Shown here piece after piece: positions 14,940-24,082 of a stretch of 41,420 nucleotides of DNA. Within the stretch, counting starts at the first letter, position 1. Each line of letters starts with the position of its first letter. The stretch is from Candidatus Izemoplasmatales bacterium. GTDB lineage: Bacteria > Bacillota_I > Bacilli_A > Izemoplasmatales > Hujiaoplasmataceae. Location: positions 1-41,420 of the forward strand of contig JAVEWC010000001.1 in NCBI GenBank assembly GCA_034004745.1, read 5' to 3'. The notes beneath the pieces are model-generated. The model was not told the DNA's origin, did not search any database, and saw only the letters and a program-made list of their open reading frames with translations. The position numbers and the translations under genes are program-made.

Positions 14940-15467
14940 CTAGTCTTTAATGCTTAAAAATTTATTGTACCAGTTAAGAACCAAATCCTGATTGAAAGGG
15001 AAATCCTGTTTATCAATCCGTGATTTTAAATTTAACATTTCCTTTGCCAGAATCTGTTTGATATTTTCGGGGTATTGCATCTTTTCTTGGTGCAATTTAT
15101 ATTCGTAGATGTCCAAAATCTTATAATTGAAATCACTGTCAACTTTAAGATCAAGGTCGTAATCGATATATTTCAGTGCCTCTTCATCGATTAAGACCGG
15201 GGATGAGACATTGCAATAATAATTGACGGTGCCATCCTTGATGATGGCAATGACGTTATACCAGTGATTTTTGAAGAAAAAGGCTACAGACGGTTCTTTT
15301 GTGTACCAAAATCTGCCAGTGGATTCGATAACCTTGGTTCTTTTGTTGGCAACGATGGTGCATTCCTCATTATCTTCTAAAATCACCGCATTTTTCCAAA
15401 CACGGTGTAAGCTCTTGTCATGTTTATAACTATGGATGACGATTTTAGAACCTATTAGATTATCCAT
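14940..15467 (-). CDS. DUF402 family protein (YgaC/Ntdp-like nucleoside tri/diphosphatase)
   Basis: 175 aa. The pattern ..YKHDKSLHRVW..FFFKNHWYNVIAI..YYCNVSSP..IDYDLDLKV.. is typical of the UPF0374/DUF402 family. Confidence 0.75.
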   Translation of the reverse strand: MDNLIGSKIVIHSYKHDKSLHRVWKNAVILEDNEECTIVANKRTKVIESTGRFWYTKEPSVAFFFKNHWYNVIAIIKDGTVNYYCNVSSPVLIDEEALKYIDYDLDLKVDSDFNYKILDIYEYKLHQEKMQYPENIKQILAKEMLNLKSRIDKQDFPFNQDLVLNWYNKFLSIKD

Positions 15468-15478
15468 AATCTCTTTCC

Positions 15479-15994
15479 CTATTCTTTTAAAAAATCCGGT
15501 CCTTTTAAAGTCTCGGGTTCACTTGTAAATAAATCATTGTAATCCTGTTGACGCAAGACTTCGTAGATCATCACCGCAACAGTGTTTGCCAGGTTCAATG
15601 ATCTGATATGGTCGTTGATGGGCAAACGCACGCAGCGGTCGAGATGTTTGGACAATATTTCTTTGGGGATTCCCGTAGATTCCCGACCAAAGATTAAATA
15701 AACATTCTTTGATTTATCACTAAAGTCAAAACCATTAGGCGCAGTTTTCCCATACCTGGTCAAATAATAATATTCTCCGGGATTTTTGTCAACGAATTCA
15801 TCATAGTTCTCATATACAAAGTAATTGACATGTTCCAAATAATTGACCGCGTCTCTTTTGAGATACTTCGCTTCGAGTTTGAAACCAAAAGGTTTGATCA
15901 AATGCAAGATAACATTGGTACCGGCACAAGTTCTCATGATATTTCCGGTATTTTGCGGTATTTCCGGTTGATACAAGACGACATTGATGCTCAT
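15479..15994 (-). CDS. trmL: SpoU/TrmL-type tRNA 2'-O-methyltransferase
   Basis: 171 aa. N-terminal VVLYQPEIPQNTGNIMRTCA and a C-terminal SPOUT knot region (SLNLANTVAVMIYE). Confidence 0.85.
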   Translation of the reverse strand: MSINVVLYQPEIPQNTGNIMRTCAGTNVILHLIKPFGFKLEAKYLKRDAVNYLEHVNYFVYENYDEFVDKNPGEYYYLTRYGKTAPNGFDFSDKSKNVYLIFGRESTGIPKEILSKHLDRCVRLPINDHIRSLNLANTVAVMIYEVLRQQDYNDLFTSEPETLKGPDFLKE

Positions 15995-15995
15995 G

Positions 15996-17282
15996 TTATC
16001 TTTTCTTCCTTGCCAATTTTTTCTTTTCTTTATCGACAGCTTCCTGATATTTCTTCTTATACCCAGGTTTCACTTTTTTACTGATTCTAATTTTCTTTTT
16101 TGCTGCGTAATCCAATTCATTTTCAGGCCTAATCCTGCGGTCTCTTGCTTTTCTTTCAACCGCTTGAACTATAGCGTTATTCTTGATGGTTTTATATTCG
16201 CACTTGACACCCTTTTTTTCCAGTTTATCAAGATAGGAATTATCATTGAATTCGTATAGTGAGATACAAATTCCATCAAAATCAATTCTTCCGGTCCTGC
16301 CGCTTCGGTGGATGTAGAATTCAAAGTCTCTTGGCAACTCATAGTTGATGATATGAGAAACACCGATGATATCGATACCTCTGGCAATAATGTCAGTAGC
16401 GACGATATATTGGAATTCAAGACTGTTGATTCTCTTGATTGTCTGTTTACGCTTCCTGTAATCGATATCCCCATGAATCAGACAAGTGTTCTTTCCTTCT
16501 TTTATCATCCAATCATAGACCAAGTCAGCACTTTCCTTGGTGTTGCAAAAGATGATGGCCAAATAAGGATTTATCGCATTTATGACTTTTTTAAGCATTA
16601 CAAAGCGATCCTCTTCTTTGGTTTTAAGAAAATAATGACTGATGTTCAAATTGGAGATTTCTTCCGGATGAACTTCGACGATAATCGGCTTATCCATATA
16701 CTTTCTCAAAAATGGTTTTAGTCGTTCAGGAATGGTAGCCGAAAAGATCATGAACTTGGCTTTTTGAACAGTTGCGGCTAAATTGTCGACTTGTTCCAAA
16801 AAGTTATTGTCTAAGGTCATATCCGCTTCGTCAATCACGAAATACTTGGTTTTATAAATTTTTAGCACATTTTCCTTGATGACCAAATCATGAAGTCTGC
16901 CAGGCGTGCCGATAACAAGATGAGGTTGTCTAGTTTTAAGCCATTCAACTTCTTTATCTTTATCTTCACCGCCAATATATAGATGAGCAATAATCGGTTC
17001 TTCGGAATGCTTTATCAAATCCAGAGTGAACTTATGAATTTGCGTTGCCAGTTCCCTTGTCGGTGCGACGATGACCGCATGTATATCAGTTGTCGAAGGA
17101 TTCAATATGTCTAAAATCGGCAATAGAAAAGCATGGGTTTTTCCTGAACCCGTCTTAGCTTCTATTACCAAATCGTTATCCTTGTCGAATAACTCGTATA
17201 CTTGACTTTGCACTTTTGTCAATTCTTTGAATTTAAGCGCAGTCAACGCTTTATTTAAATATTCGTGGTTAAATTTTTTCAT
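15996..17282 (-). CDS. DEAD-box ATP-dependent RNA helicase (CshB-like)
   Basis: 428 aa. Motifs AKTGSGKT, VIDEADM, SAT and HRSGRTGR, with a Lys-rich C-terminal tail. Confidence 0.9.
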   Translation of the reverse strand: MKKFNHEYLNKALTALKFKELTKVQSQVYELFDKDNDLVIEAKTGSGKTHAFLLPILDILNPSTTDIHAVIVAPTRELATQIHKFTLDLIKHSEEPIIAHLYIGGEDKDKEVEWLKTRQPHLVIGTPGRLHDLVIKENVLKIYKTKYFVIDEADMTLDNNFLEQVDNLAATVQKAKFMIFSATIPERLKPFLRKYMDKPIIVEVHPEEISNLNISHYFLKTKEEDRFVMLKKVINAINPYLAIIFCNTKESADLVYDWMIKEGKNTCLIHGDIDYRKRKQTIKRINSLEFQYIVATDIIARGIDIIGVSHIINYELPRDFEFYIHRSGRTGRIDFDGICISLYEFNDNSYLDKLEKKGVKCEYKTIKNNAIVQAVERKARDRRIRPENELDYAAKKKIRISKKVKPGYKKKYQEAVDKEKKKLARKKR

Positions 17283-17301
17283 TTTTTAGATTCCTATCTC
17301 T

Positions 17302-17330
17302 TTGTAAAATCTCACGAACTATTATATAAT
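17302..17330 (+). promoter_or_regulatory. Promoter of ispH
   Basis: TTGTAA (17302-17307), a 17-nt spacer, then TATAAT (17325-17330). A GAGGT SD lies 7 nt before the ATG at 17370. Confidence 0.6.
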
Positions 17331-17349
17331 AAATCTACCGATAAGTAAA
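17321..17349 (-). promoter_or_regulatory. Promoter of the DEAD-box helicase operon
   Basis: On the minus strand, TTTACT (17349-17344), a 17-nt spacer, then TATAAT (17326-17321). Its -10 overlaps the ispH -10 within the palindrome ATTATATAAT. Confidence 0.55.
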
Positions 17350-17369
17350 ATGAAAACGAGGTTGTTTGC

Positions 17370-18245
17370 ATGATTGTAAAAAAAATAACCCCCCGAGGAT
17401 TTTGTAAGGGTGTATATAATGCCATTGAAATTGTGAAAAAAAGCTTGATAGACGAAACCTTGCCAAGACCAATCTACGTCTTGGGGTTTATCGTCCACAA
17501 TAAGCATGTGGTCGCGGAATTGACTGAACTTGGAGCCATTACCCTTGATGACAGGCTTGCTTCAAGAAGCGAATTGGTGAAAAACATCAAGTCCGGAACC
17601 GTCATTCTTTCAGCGCATGGCACTGATGAATTGGTCAAGGAACAGATTAAGGCTAATGGATTGAAACTAATCGACGCTACCTGCATTGATGTCTATCAAA
17701 CCCATGATTCTATCAGGGAGTATCTGGATAAAGGTTATAATATCGTCTATATCGGAAAATTCAATCACCCGGAAACCAATGCCTCTTTAAGCATTAGCGA
17801 TAAAATTACCTTGATTGAATCAGTTGCCGATCTAGACAAGATCAACTTGAAAGAACCGCTTTTTGTCACCAACCAAACGACTTTTTCCCTGAACGACATC
17901 TCCAAGATTCATGAAAGAATCAAAGAAATATATCCAAATTCTCTCATCACCGAAGAAATCTGCAATGCCACCAGATTTAGGCAAAACGCCATCATCAAGA
18001 ATAATGTCGATGTCGACCTATGTTATATTGTCGGCGATCCCAGAAGCAATAACTCCCGTAACTTAGTCAAGATTTCTGAAGAAGAAACCAACACAAAAAC
18101 ATTCTTAATTGAAAGCGTCAAGGATATCAATCCCGCTGATTTAAAAGGCGTTAAAATCGTTTCCGTTTCTTCCGGAGCTTCCACTCCAACCTACCTGACT
18201 CAAGAAGTTATCGATTATTTGGAAAGCTTTGATAATAACGCATAA
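17370..18245 (+). CDS. ispH: 4-hydroxy-3-methylbut-2-enyl diphosphate reductase (MEP pathway)
   Basis: 291 aa with the LytB layout. The N-terminal PRGFCKGV carries a Cys ligand, and conserved SAHG and NATR regions are present. Confidence 0.9.
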   Translation: MIVKKITPRGFCKGVYNAIEIVKKSLIDETLPRPIYVLGFIVHNKHVVAELTELGAITLDDRLASRSELVKNIKSGTVILSAHGTDELVKEQIKANGLKLIDATCIDVYQTHDSIREYLDKGYNIVYIGKFNHPETNASLSISDKITLIESVADLDKINLKEPLFVTNQTTFSLNDISKIHERIKEIYPNSLITEEICNATRFRQNAIIKNNVDVDLCYIVGDPRSNNSRNLVKISEEETNTKTFLIESVKDINPADLKGVKIVSVSSGASTPTYLTQEVIDYLESFDNNA

Positions 18246-18322
18246 ATTTTACTTTATTTTTTCTCATATTTAGTTTATAATATTAAAGACACTAAAGACT
18301 TAAAGGTTATGAGGTGAAAGAG

Positions 18323-18505
18323 ATGGCTGATACAAAGAAAAAGAGAAAACCAACCCAAGAAGAAAAGGAAATCAGAACGTATAATCCGACCAAGAGCAAA
18401 GCAGGTCGAATCATTTTGTTGATTTTGGCTATAGGGATGTTTTTGGGACTTTTAATCGCCGCAGTTGTAGGCGCTATTGAAGTCTTGAATGGATTTATCG
18501 CATAA
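18323..18505 (+). CDS. Small basic membrane protein (60 aa), function unknown
   Basis: A GAGGTGA SD lies 5 nt upstream of ATG 18323. The Lys-rich N-terminus (MADTKKKRKPTQEEKE) is followed by one TM helix (IILLILAIGMFLGLLIAAVVGAI). A terminator follows directly. Confidence 0.55.
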   Translation: MADTKKKRKPTQEEKEIRTYNPTKSKAGRIILLILAIGMFLGLLIAAVVGAIEVLNGFIA

Positions 18506-18524
18506 TAATTCCGACAATAAAATT

Positions 18525-18556
18525 AAAATCACTGTCTTTTTGCTGACAGTGATTTT
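18525..18556. terminator. Bidirectional terminator between the small ORF and recN
   Basis: A 12-bp stem pairs AAAATCACTGTC (18525-18536) with GACAGTGATTTT (18545-18556), with an 8-nt loop and T-runs on both strands. Confidence 0.75.
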
Positions 18557-18557
18557 T

Positions 18558-20237
18558 TTATGGATTTATCAATAATTCTTTAGCCGCTACTTTGGCTGCT
18601 TCGGTTACTTGATCACCGCTGAGCATTTTGGCGATTTCAATAATCCGCTCTTCATGCTGCAAGTAATGCACTTCGATTTTAGTGGAATTGCCGATAACCT
18701 TTTTAAAGATTGCCAAATGGTTGCTGCCCTCGGCTACGACTTGCGGTATATGCGTAATGGATATCACTTGGGCAATGGTTGAAAGTTCCTTGATTTTTCT
18801 GGCTATTTGTTTGGCAATATAGCCGCTGATACCAGTATCGATCTCATCGAAGACGATTGTCGGAATCTTAAGTGATTTAGCAAAAATGGTCTTGAATGCC
18901 AACATCACTCGGCTCATCTCGCCACCAGAAGCAGTTTTTGCCAGAGGTTTGACGGGTTCGCCTTTATTGGTAGAAATCAAGAATTCGACTTGATTGATGC
19001 CGTCGCTCTTGAACGCCGATTGATCGAAGAGATTTTCAGGTAAAATCTCTTTGATATCGATTTGAAACTGGGCATTGGTTATCACCAATTCAATCAAGGT
19101 TTGAACAATGTCGCTGGTTATTTTTTGGGCAATGTCTTTTCTGAAGTTGGATAGATTTTTCGCTGCCTGCAACAATTCCTGATAAGCAGTTTCAACGGCT
19201 ATGTATTTTTCCTTGATGATATCATCATAATTTTCTACCGTATTGATTTCTTCAGTCAAGAATGCTAAATAAGCAATCAATTCCGGAATATTCATCTGAT
19301 ATTTCTTCATGACTTTATCCAAATCATTGATTCTTTCAATCAAGGCTTCATAATCGCTTTTGGTGAAGTCCAGACTATCAAGTTTGTCAGTGATAGTCTC
19401 AGAGATATCGTCTAGTTCATAATAGATGTTGTTTAGTCGTTCATGCAGGATTTCAAGTTCGAGTGAATATTTGCTTAAAGCTTGAAAATCAGCTTTGATT
19501 TCATAGATTTTATCCAATACCATTTCATCTTTCAGATAATATCTGCTCTTTTCCAGCATGGTATTGATTTTATCGATATTTTCCAAAATATTGATTTTTT
19601 CCGTTTTTTCCTGATACTCGCCATCTTCAAGATTCAAGTTAAGTAATTCCTGATACTGGAATTTATAAAGATCCAATTTTTTCAAGGTCTCTTCTTTTTT
19701 CTTGATTATTAGGTTATACTCCTTGATTCGTTCTTTATACTTATTAAATAATTCAGTGTAGTTATCTAGCAAGGGTTGAATCCGCATTTTCCGGAAACTA
19801 TCAACCAAGTGAAGGTAATTATCGGGGTTAATGAGTTGATTGGTATCGAACTGTGAATGAATGTCCGCCAGGTAAAGTGCAAGTTCTTTCAAAACTTTCA
19901 ACGAGGCATTCTGGTTATTGATTTTAACCAGATTATTGTTGTTTTTGGAGATAATGCGGTTAATTGTCAAAGTTTCGGCATCTTCAAGGTTATTGGTGAA
20001 AAGAACATTGTTGATTTCTTTGGAATTGACTTGGAAGACACCGGTAATTTCCGCTGTTTCCGCCTTGGAATTAATCATCTCTTTATAAGCTCTTTCACCC
20101 AACAATAAAGAAATAGCATCAACAATGATGCTTTTTCCTGCACCGGTCTCACCGGTCAGAACTGTCATTCCCGGGTGAAAATCCAGATGAATATAATCGA
20201 TGATGGCGAAATTCTTTACTTCGAGACTTTTGAGCAT
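18558..20237 (-). CDS. recN: DNA repair protein RecN
   Basis: 559 aa. Walker A GETGAGKS, a long coiled-coil middle region, and C-terminal SGGEMSR and VFDEIDTGISG. Confidence 0.95.
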   Translation of the reverse strand: MLKSLEVKNFAIIDYIHLDFHPGMTVLTGETGAGKSIIVDAISLLLGERAYKEMINSKAETAEITGVFQVNSKEINNVLFTNNLEDAETLTINRIISKNNNNLVKINNQNASLKVLKELALYLADIHSQFDTNQLINPDNYLHLVDSFRKMRIQPLLDNYTELFNKYKERIKEYNLIIKKKEETLKKLDLYKFQYQELLNLNLEDGEYQEKTEKINILENIDKINTMLEKSRYYLKDEMVLDKIYEIKADFQALSKYSLELEILHERLNNIYYELDDISETITDKLDSLDFTKSDYEALIERINDLDKVMKKYQMNIPELIAYLAFLTEEINTVENYDDIIKEKYIAVETAYQELLQAAKNLSNFRKDIAQKITSDIVQTLIELVITNAQFQIDIKEILPENLFDQSAFKSDGINQVEFLISTNKGEPVKPLAKTASGGEMSRVMLAFKTIFAKSLKIPTIVFDEIDTGISGYIAKQIARKIKELSTIAQVISITHIPQVVAEGSNHLAIFKKVIGNSTKIEVHYLQHEERIIEIAKMLSGDQVTEAAKVAAKELLINP

Positions 20238-20239
20238 GT

Positions 20240-22081
20240 TTACTCCTGATTCAAGATTTTTTTAGTAATTGTAAGGCTATCCAAATGATATTTTGTATAT
20301 AATTCTTCTTGCGTGCCTTGCGGAATGAATTCATCCGGCAAGCCAAAAATGGTCAATGGTTTAAAAATGTTCATTTGGCTCATGTATTCCAGTATTGAAG
20401 AACCCAAACCGCTGATTTTTGTCACATCTTCCAAAACGTAGAGTTCTTCATTGTTTTTTAGTAGTTCATCGAGCAGACTTTCATCAAGCGGTTTGATGAA
20501 ACGGGCATTGATTAAATTGATGGCTAAATCATGTTGTTCGATATATTCCTTTAAACGGGTGAAATTATCGCCATAGGCAATGAGAGTCTTTTGGCTGTTT
20601 CTTGCAAACTTGACCCAAGAAGGCGATTTTATCACTTCATATTCTTGTCCTAGGTATTTTTCCACGGAATTTCGTGAATAACGGATTGCGACTGTATTCT
20701 TTGCCTTGTTAAAAGCGTAATTCAATAAACTTTCCGCTTCGATTGCATTAGCTGGTTGAACGATTTCGATATTGGGAATATGCTTGAGATAAGCAATATC
20801 ATAAATGCCCTGATGGGTTTCGCCATCACTGCCGACAATACCGGCACGGTCAATACCAATGACGATCTTTACGTTCATTCTCGTCAAATCATGAACCACC
20901 TGATCATAAGCTCTCTGTAAAAATGACGAATAGATCGGCAAAAAGATTTTAAGACCATTTAATGCCAAGGCCGAGGAAAAACAGACAGAAAAACTTTCAC
21001 AGATACCGACGTCAATGATTTTATCGGGATAGATTTCCTCGAACTTGATCAGTCCGGAACCAGTAATCATTGCCGGTATGACAATTCTTAAATCAGGTTC
21101 AACTGCTGCGTATCTTATTAAGTATTCACTGATAATGTTACTCCAGCTCATGACATTTTCTTTATTATTGTTGATGAATTCTCCAGTTTCAACCTTAAAA
21201 GGTCCGACTCCATGCCAAATACCATTGACATCATTTTCAGCCGGTAAATACCCTTTGCCTTTTTTGGTTACGACATGCAAGACTACCGGTCGATTCTTAT
21301 TTTTTATCAATTTCAGGAATTTGATGAGATTTTTGATATCATGACCGTCAATTGGGCCGTAATAAGAGAAACCAAATTCATCGAAGATTGTCAAGTTATT
21401 GGCAAAACCTCTAATCATGTTTGCGATTCTGACTTTCCAGCGATAGATGAATTTAGGCAGTTTACGATGGGATTTAGTCGCGTAATTATATAATTTGTTG
21501 GCTCTGGTTTTATTGAGGAGTCTTGATAAACGACCAACATTCTTCGATATCGACATTTCATTGTCATTGATGATGATTATCGGTGACATGTCTTTTTGAT
21601 GTCCCAAATAATTCAAGGCTTCAAAACTCAAGCCTGAGTTAAGTGAACCATCACCAACCACAGCGATATTTTTTTCATGTGATTTATTGACTGCTTTGCC
21701 AAATTCAAAACCAGCTACCGCAGCTATGGCTGTGGAGGAATGTCCTGCTTCCCAAGCGTCATGAATCGATTCTTCCCGTTTTTGATAACCCGAAAGTCCG
21801 TTGAATTTCCTGAGCTTGTCAAAATCCTTGGCTCTGCCCGTCAAAATCTTATGGACATATGATTGATGACCCACATCAAAGATGATTCTGTCAGTAGGCG
21901 AATTGAAGACGTAATGCAAAGCTATTGTAAGTTCAACTACGCCAAGATTTGAAGAAAGATGCCCACCGGTCTTGGCGATATTTTCCAACAAAAAAGCACG
22001 AATTTCAGCTGCCAATTCGTAAAGTTCGGGTATGGTTTTGTCTTTCAGGAATTCTGGGCTGACTATTTCGTGCAAATTCAT
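20240..22081 (-). CDS. dxs: 1-deoxy-D-xylulose-5-phosphate synthase
   Basis: 613 aa. HLSSNLG, EAGHSST and the thiamine diphosphate motif GDGSLNSG...INDNEMSI. Confidence 0.95.
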   Translation of the reverse strand: MNLHEIVSPEFLKDKTIPELYELAAEIRAFLLENIAKTGGHLSSNLGVVELTIALHYVFNSPTDRIIFDVGHQSYVHKILTGRAKDFDKLRKFNGLSGYQKREESIHDAWEAGHSSTAIAAVAGFEFGKAVNKSHEKNIAVVGDGSLNSGLSFEALNYLGHQKDMSPIIIINDNEMSISKNVGRLSRLLNKTRANKLYNYATKSHRKLPKFIYRWKVRIANMIRGFANNLTIFDEFGFSYYGPIDGHDIKNLIKFLKLIKNKNRPVVLHVVTKKGKGYLPAENDVNGIWHGVGPFKVETGEFINNNKENVMSWSNIISEYLIRYAAVEPDLRIVIPAMITGSGLIKFEEIYPDKIIDVGICESFSVCFSSALALNGLKIFLPIYSSFLQRAYDQVVHDLTRMNVKIVIGIDRAGIVGSDGETHQGIYDIAYLKHIPNIEIVQPANAIEAESLLNYAFNKAKNTVAIRYSRNSVEKYLGQEYEVIKSPSWVKFARNSQKTLIAYGDNFTRLKEYIEQHDLAINLINARFIKPLDESLLDELLKNNEELYVLEDVTKISGLGSSILEYMSQMNIFKPLTIFGLPDEFIPQGTQEELYTKYHLDSLTITKKILNQE

Positions 22082-22084
22082 TGA

Positions 22085-22306
22085 TTATTCCTTGTTGAAG
22101 TCGACCAAGTTATCAGAATCCATCAATTTAACGATGACTTCTTCGGCGTTCTTGAGTTCCTCATGACAGATTTTTGCTAAAGCTATTCCTTCTTGATAGA
22201 GCTTTACAGCTTCATCAAGACTGTTTTCGCCAGATTCAAGCTTTTTAACCAAAGCTTCCAACTTTTCCAAGTTTTCTTCAAAACTTAATTTATTCATTCT
22301 CTTCAC
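22085..22306 (-). CDS. xseB: Exodeoxyribonuclease VII small subunit
   Basis: 73 aa. FEENLEKLEALVKKLESGENSLDEAVKLYQEG is typical of XseB. The gene overlaps the 3' end of xseA. Confidence 0.9.
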   Translation of the reverse strand: MKRMNKLSFEENLEKLEALVKKLESGENSLDEAVKLYQEGIALAKICHEELKNAEEVIVKLMDSDNLVDFNKE

Positions 22307-23570
22307 CTTTCATATCGATGATTTTTGAAGTGATTTCTCCGCCAGTGATGGCGATTGTCAAAGGTTTATCCCGGGAGATCTCTTTGAAGTGCTTCTTGAT
22401 TGCTCCGTCTTGCTTCACAATCGCAAAACCTTTTTTCATGATGTTCAATGGATTGACCAGTTCCAATTTTTCAACTAAGGACAAATAGTTCTTTTGTTTT
22501 GCGGAAACCAGGTACTGGTAATCTTTTCTCAAATTTTTCAAATATTGCTCGACCAAATCATTTCTTTGTTTAATTTGGTTCAGGGGATTATTCTTCAATA
22601 AGCGGTCGTATAGAGCTGCGTATTTCAATTCTTTCGTTTCCAACAATCTTAAAGGATTCTTGAGAACATTACGGTTGATGATTTGTCTATAGTGTTTCAA
22701 GGCGTTGTCATAGAGATTATTAAGAGCCATCGTCATTCTCTGTTCAATCTTGATAATATCATTTCTGACTTCACGATGATTTTTTACGGCGATTTCTGCG
22801 GCGTGTGAAGGAGTCGAAGCTCGAAAATCCGAAACAAAATCGCTGATGGTAAAATCGGTCTCATGACCTATTGCACTGATTATTGGTAGTTTTGAACCAT
22901 AGATGGCATCGATGACCACCATTTCATTGAAAGCCCAGAGGTCTTCGATACTGCCGCCGCCTCTACCGACAATCAATAAATCACAAAGTAGGTCTTCATT
23001 GGCTTTCTTGATTTGACTGGCAATCGATTCTTTCGCCATCGGACCTTGAACCAAGGCCGGATAAACAATGATTTTAGTCATCGGAAAACGGGTATTGATG
23101 ACATTGATGATATCTCTTACCGCCGCTCCGGTCGGTGAGGTGATGACACCGACGGTTTTAGGAAACCTTGGTAAGCTTTTTTTATGACTTTGATCGAAAT
23201 AGCCTTTCTTGCTCAGCTCTTCCTTCAGCTTTTCATAGGCCAAATATAAGTCGCCAATACCGTCCAAATCCATCTTCTGGATATAGATCTGATAAGTGCC
23301 ATAGGCTTCATAAATCGAGATATAGCCTTCCACGATCACCTTATCTCCGTCTTTCGGATTGAAAGATAGATTCTTGGTGCTGGATACGAACATCACGGCA
23401 CTGATTTGCGATTGGTCGTCCTTTAAGGTTAAATATAGATGTCCTCGAGAATGACGTTTGAAATTGGAAATTTCCGCCTTTAACAAAACGCTCTGCAGTT
23501 CGGTGTCGTTATCAAACTTGAATTTCAGATAACGATTTAAGGCCGTAACTGTCAAATATTGTCTAGCCAC
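22290..23570 (-). CDS. xseA: Exodeoxyribonuclease VII large subunit
   Basis: The start is placed at GTG 23570 (M-ARQYLTVTALNRYLK), which matches the usual XseA N-terminus. The track start at 23639 would add 23 residues that overlap nusB. The GTG overlaps the nusB stop (GTGGCTAG). Confidence 0.9.
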   Translation of the reverse strand: MARQYLTVTALNRYLKFKFDNDTELQSVLLKAEISNFKRHSRGHLYLTLKDDQSQISAVMFVSSTKNLSFNPKDGDKVIVEGYISIYEAYGTYQIYIQKMDLDGIGDLYLAYEKLKEELSKKGYFDQSHKKSLPRFPKTVGVITSPTGAAVRDIINVINTRFPMTKIIVYPALVQGPMAKESIASQIKKANEDLLCDLLIVGRGGGSIEDLWAFNEMVVIDAIYGSKLPIISAIGHETDFTISDFVSDFRASTPSHAAEIAVKNHREVRNDIIKIEQRMTMALNNLYDNALKHYRQIINRNVLKNPLRLLETKELKYAALYDRLLKNNPLNQIKQRNDLVEQYLKNLRKDYQYLVSAKQKNYLSLVEKLELVNPLNIMKKGFAIVKQDGAIKKHFKEISRDKPLTIAITGGEITSKIIDMKGEENE

Positions 23571-23964
23571 TGTGTTTTTCCAGATAGATGCGAATATTTT
23601 CGAGAAGGCGGTTATTGAATTTCTTAGCCAAATCGTCATCGAGATTTGAATATATCTTCGTAATTTCCAACGCCTCGTTGATTGCTACTTGATAAGGCGT
23701 TTTCAGGTATTTCATTTCATAGGTCGCGTAACGAATGATTGCCAGATCGACGTAATTCAATCTGTCAATCGTCCAATTGCTCAAATTGGATGAGATTATC
23801 AAATCCAAATCTTGATATTTCTCGCGCAAGTCGAAAAAAGTCTGATTGATTTCAGACGGCATCTCTTCCAAGTTGATTTCTCCACCAAAGATATCTTGAT
23901 AGATCAATTTGATGATTTCTTCACGAAATGTTCTTTTTTTCATTAGTTGTTTTAAAATCATCAC
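23563..23964 (-). CDS. nusB: Transcription antitermination factor NusB
   Basis: About 126-133 aa with KKRTFREEIIKLIYQ and the NusB fold pattern. The exact start is ambiguous among 23964, 23961 and 23943, and none has a clear SD. Confidence 0.85.
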   Translation of the reverse strand: MMILKQLMKKRTFREEIIKLIYQDIFGGEINLEEMPSEINQTFFDLREKYQDLDLIISSNLSNWTIDRLNYVDLAIIRYATYEMKYLKTPYQVAINEALEITKIYSNLDDDLAKKFNNRLLENIRIYLEKHSG

Positions 23965-24051
23965 TTAATGGGCCTATTGCTAGATGACTTTTTCCCCTTG
24001 CTAATAAAATATTTTATCACAATCCAAACAAAAATTAAAGCAATAAAACTA

Positions 24052-24082
24052 GATAAGAAAAAAGCATAGTTTCCTATGCTTT
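24052..24082 (-). terminator. Intrinsic terminator after the GH13 gene
   Basis: On the minus-strand RNA, AAAGCAUAG (24082-24074), a GAAA loop, then CUAUGCUUU (24069-24061) followed by UUUCUUAUCU. The stem overlaps the stop codon. Confidence 0.7.
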
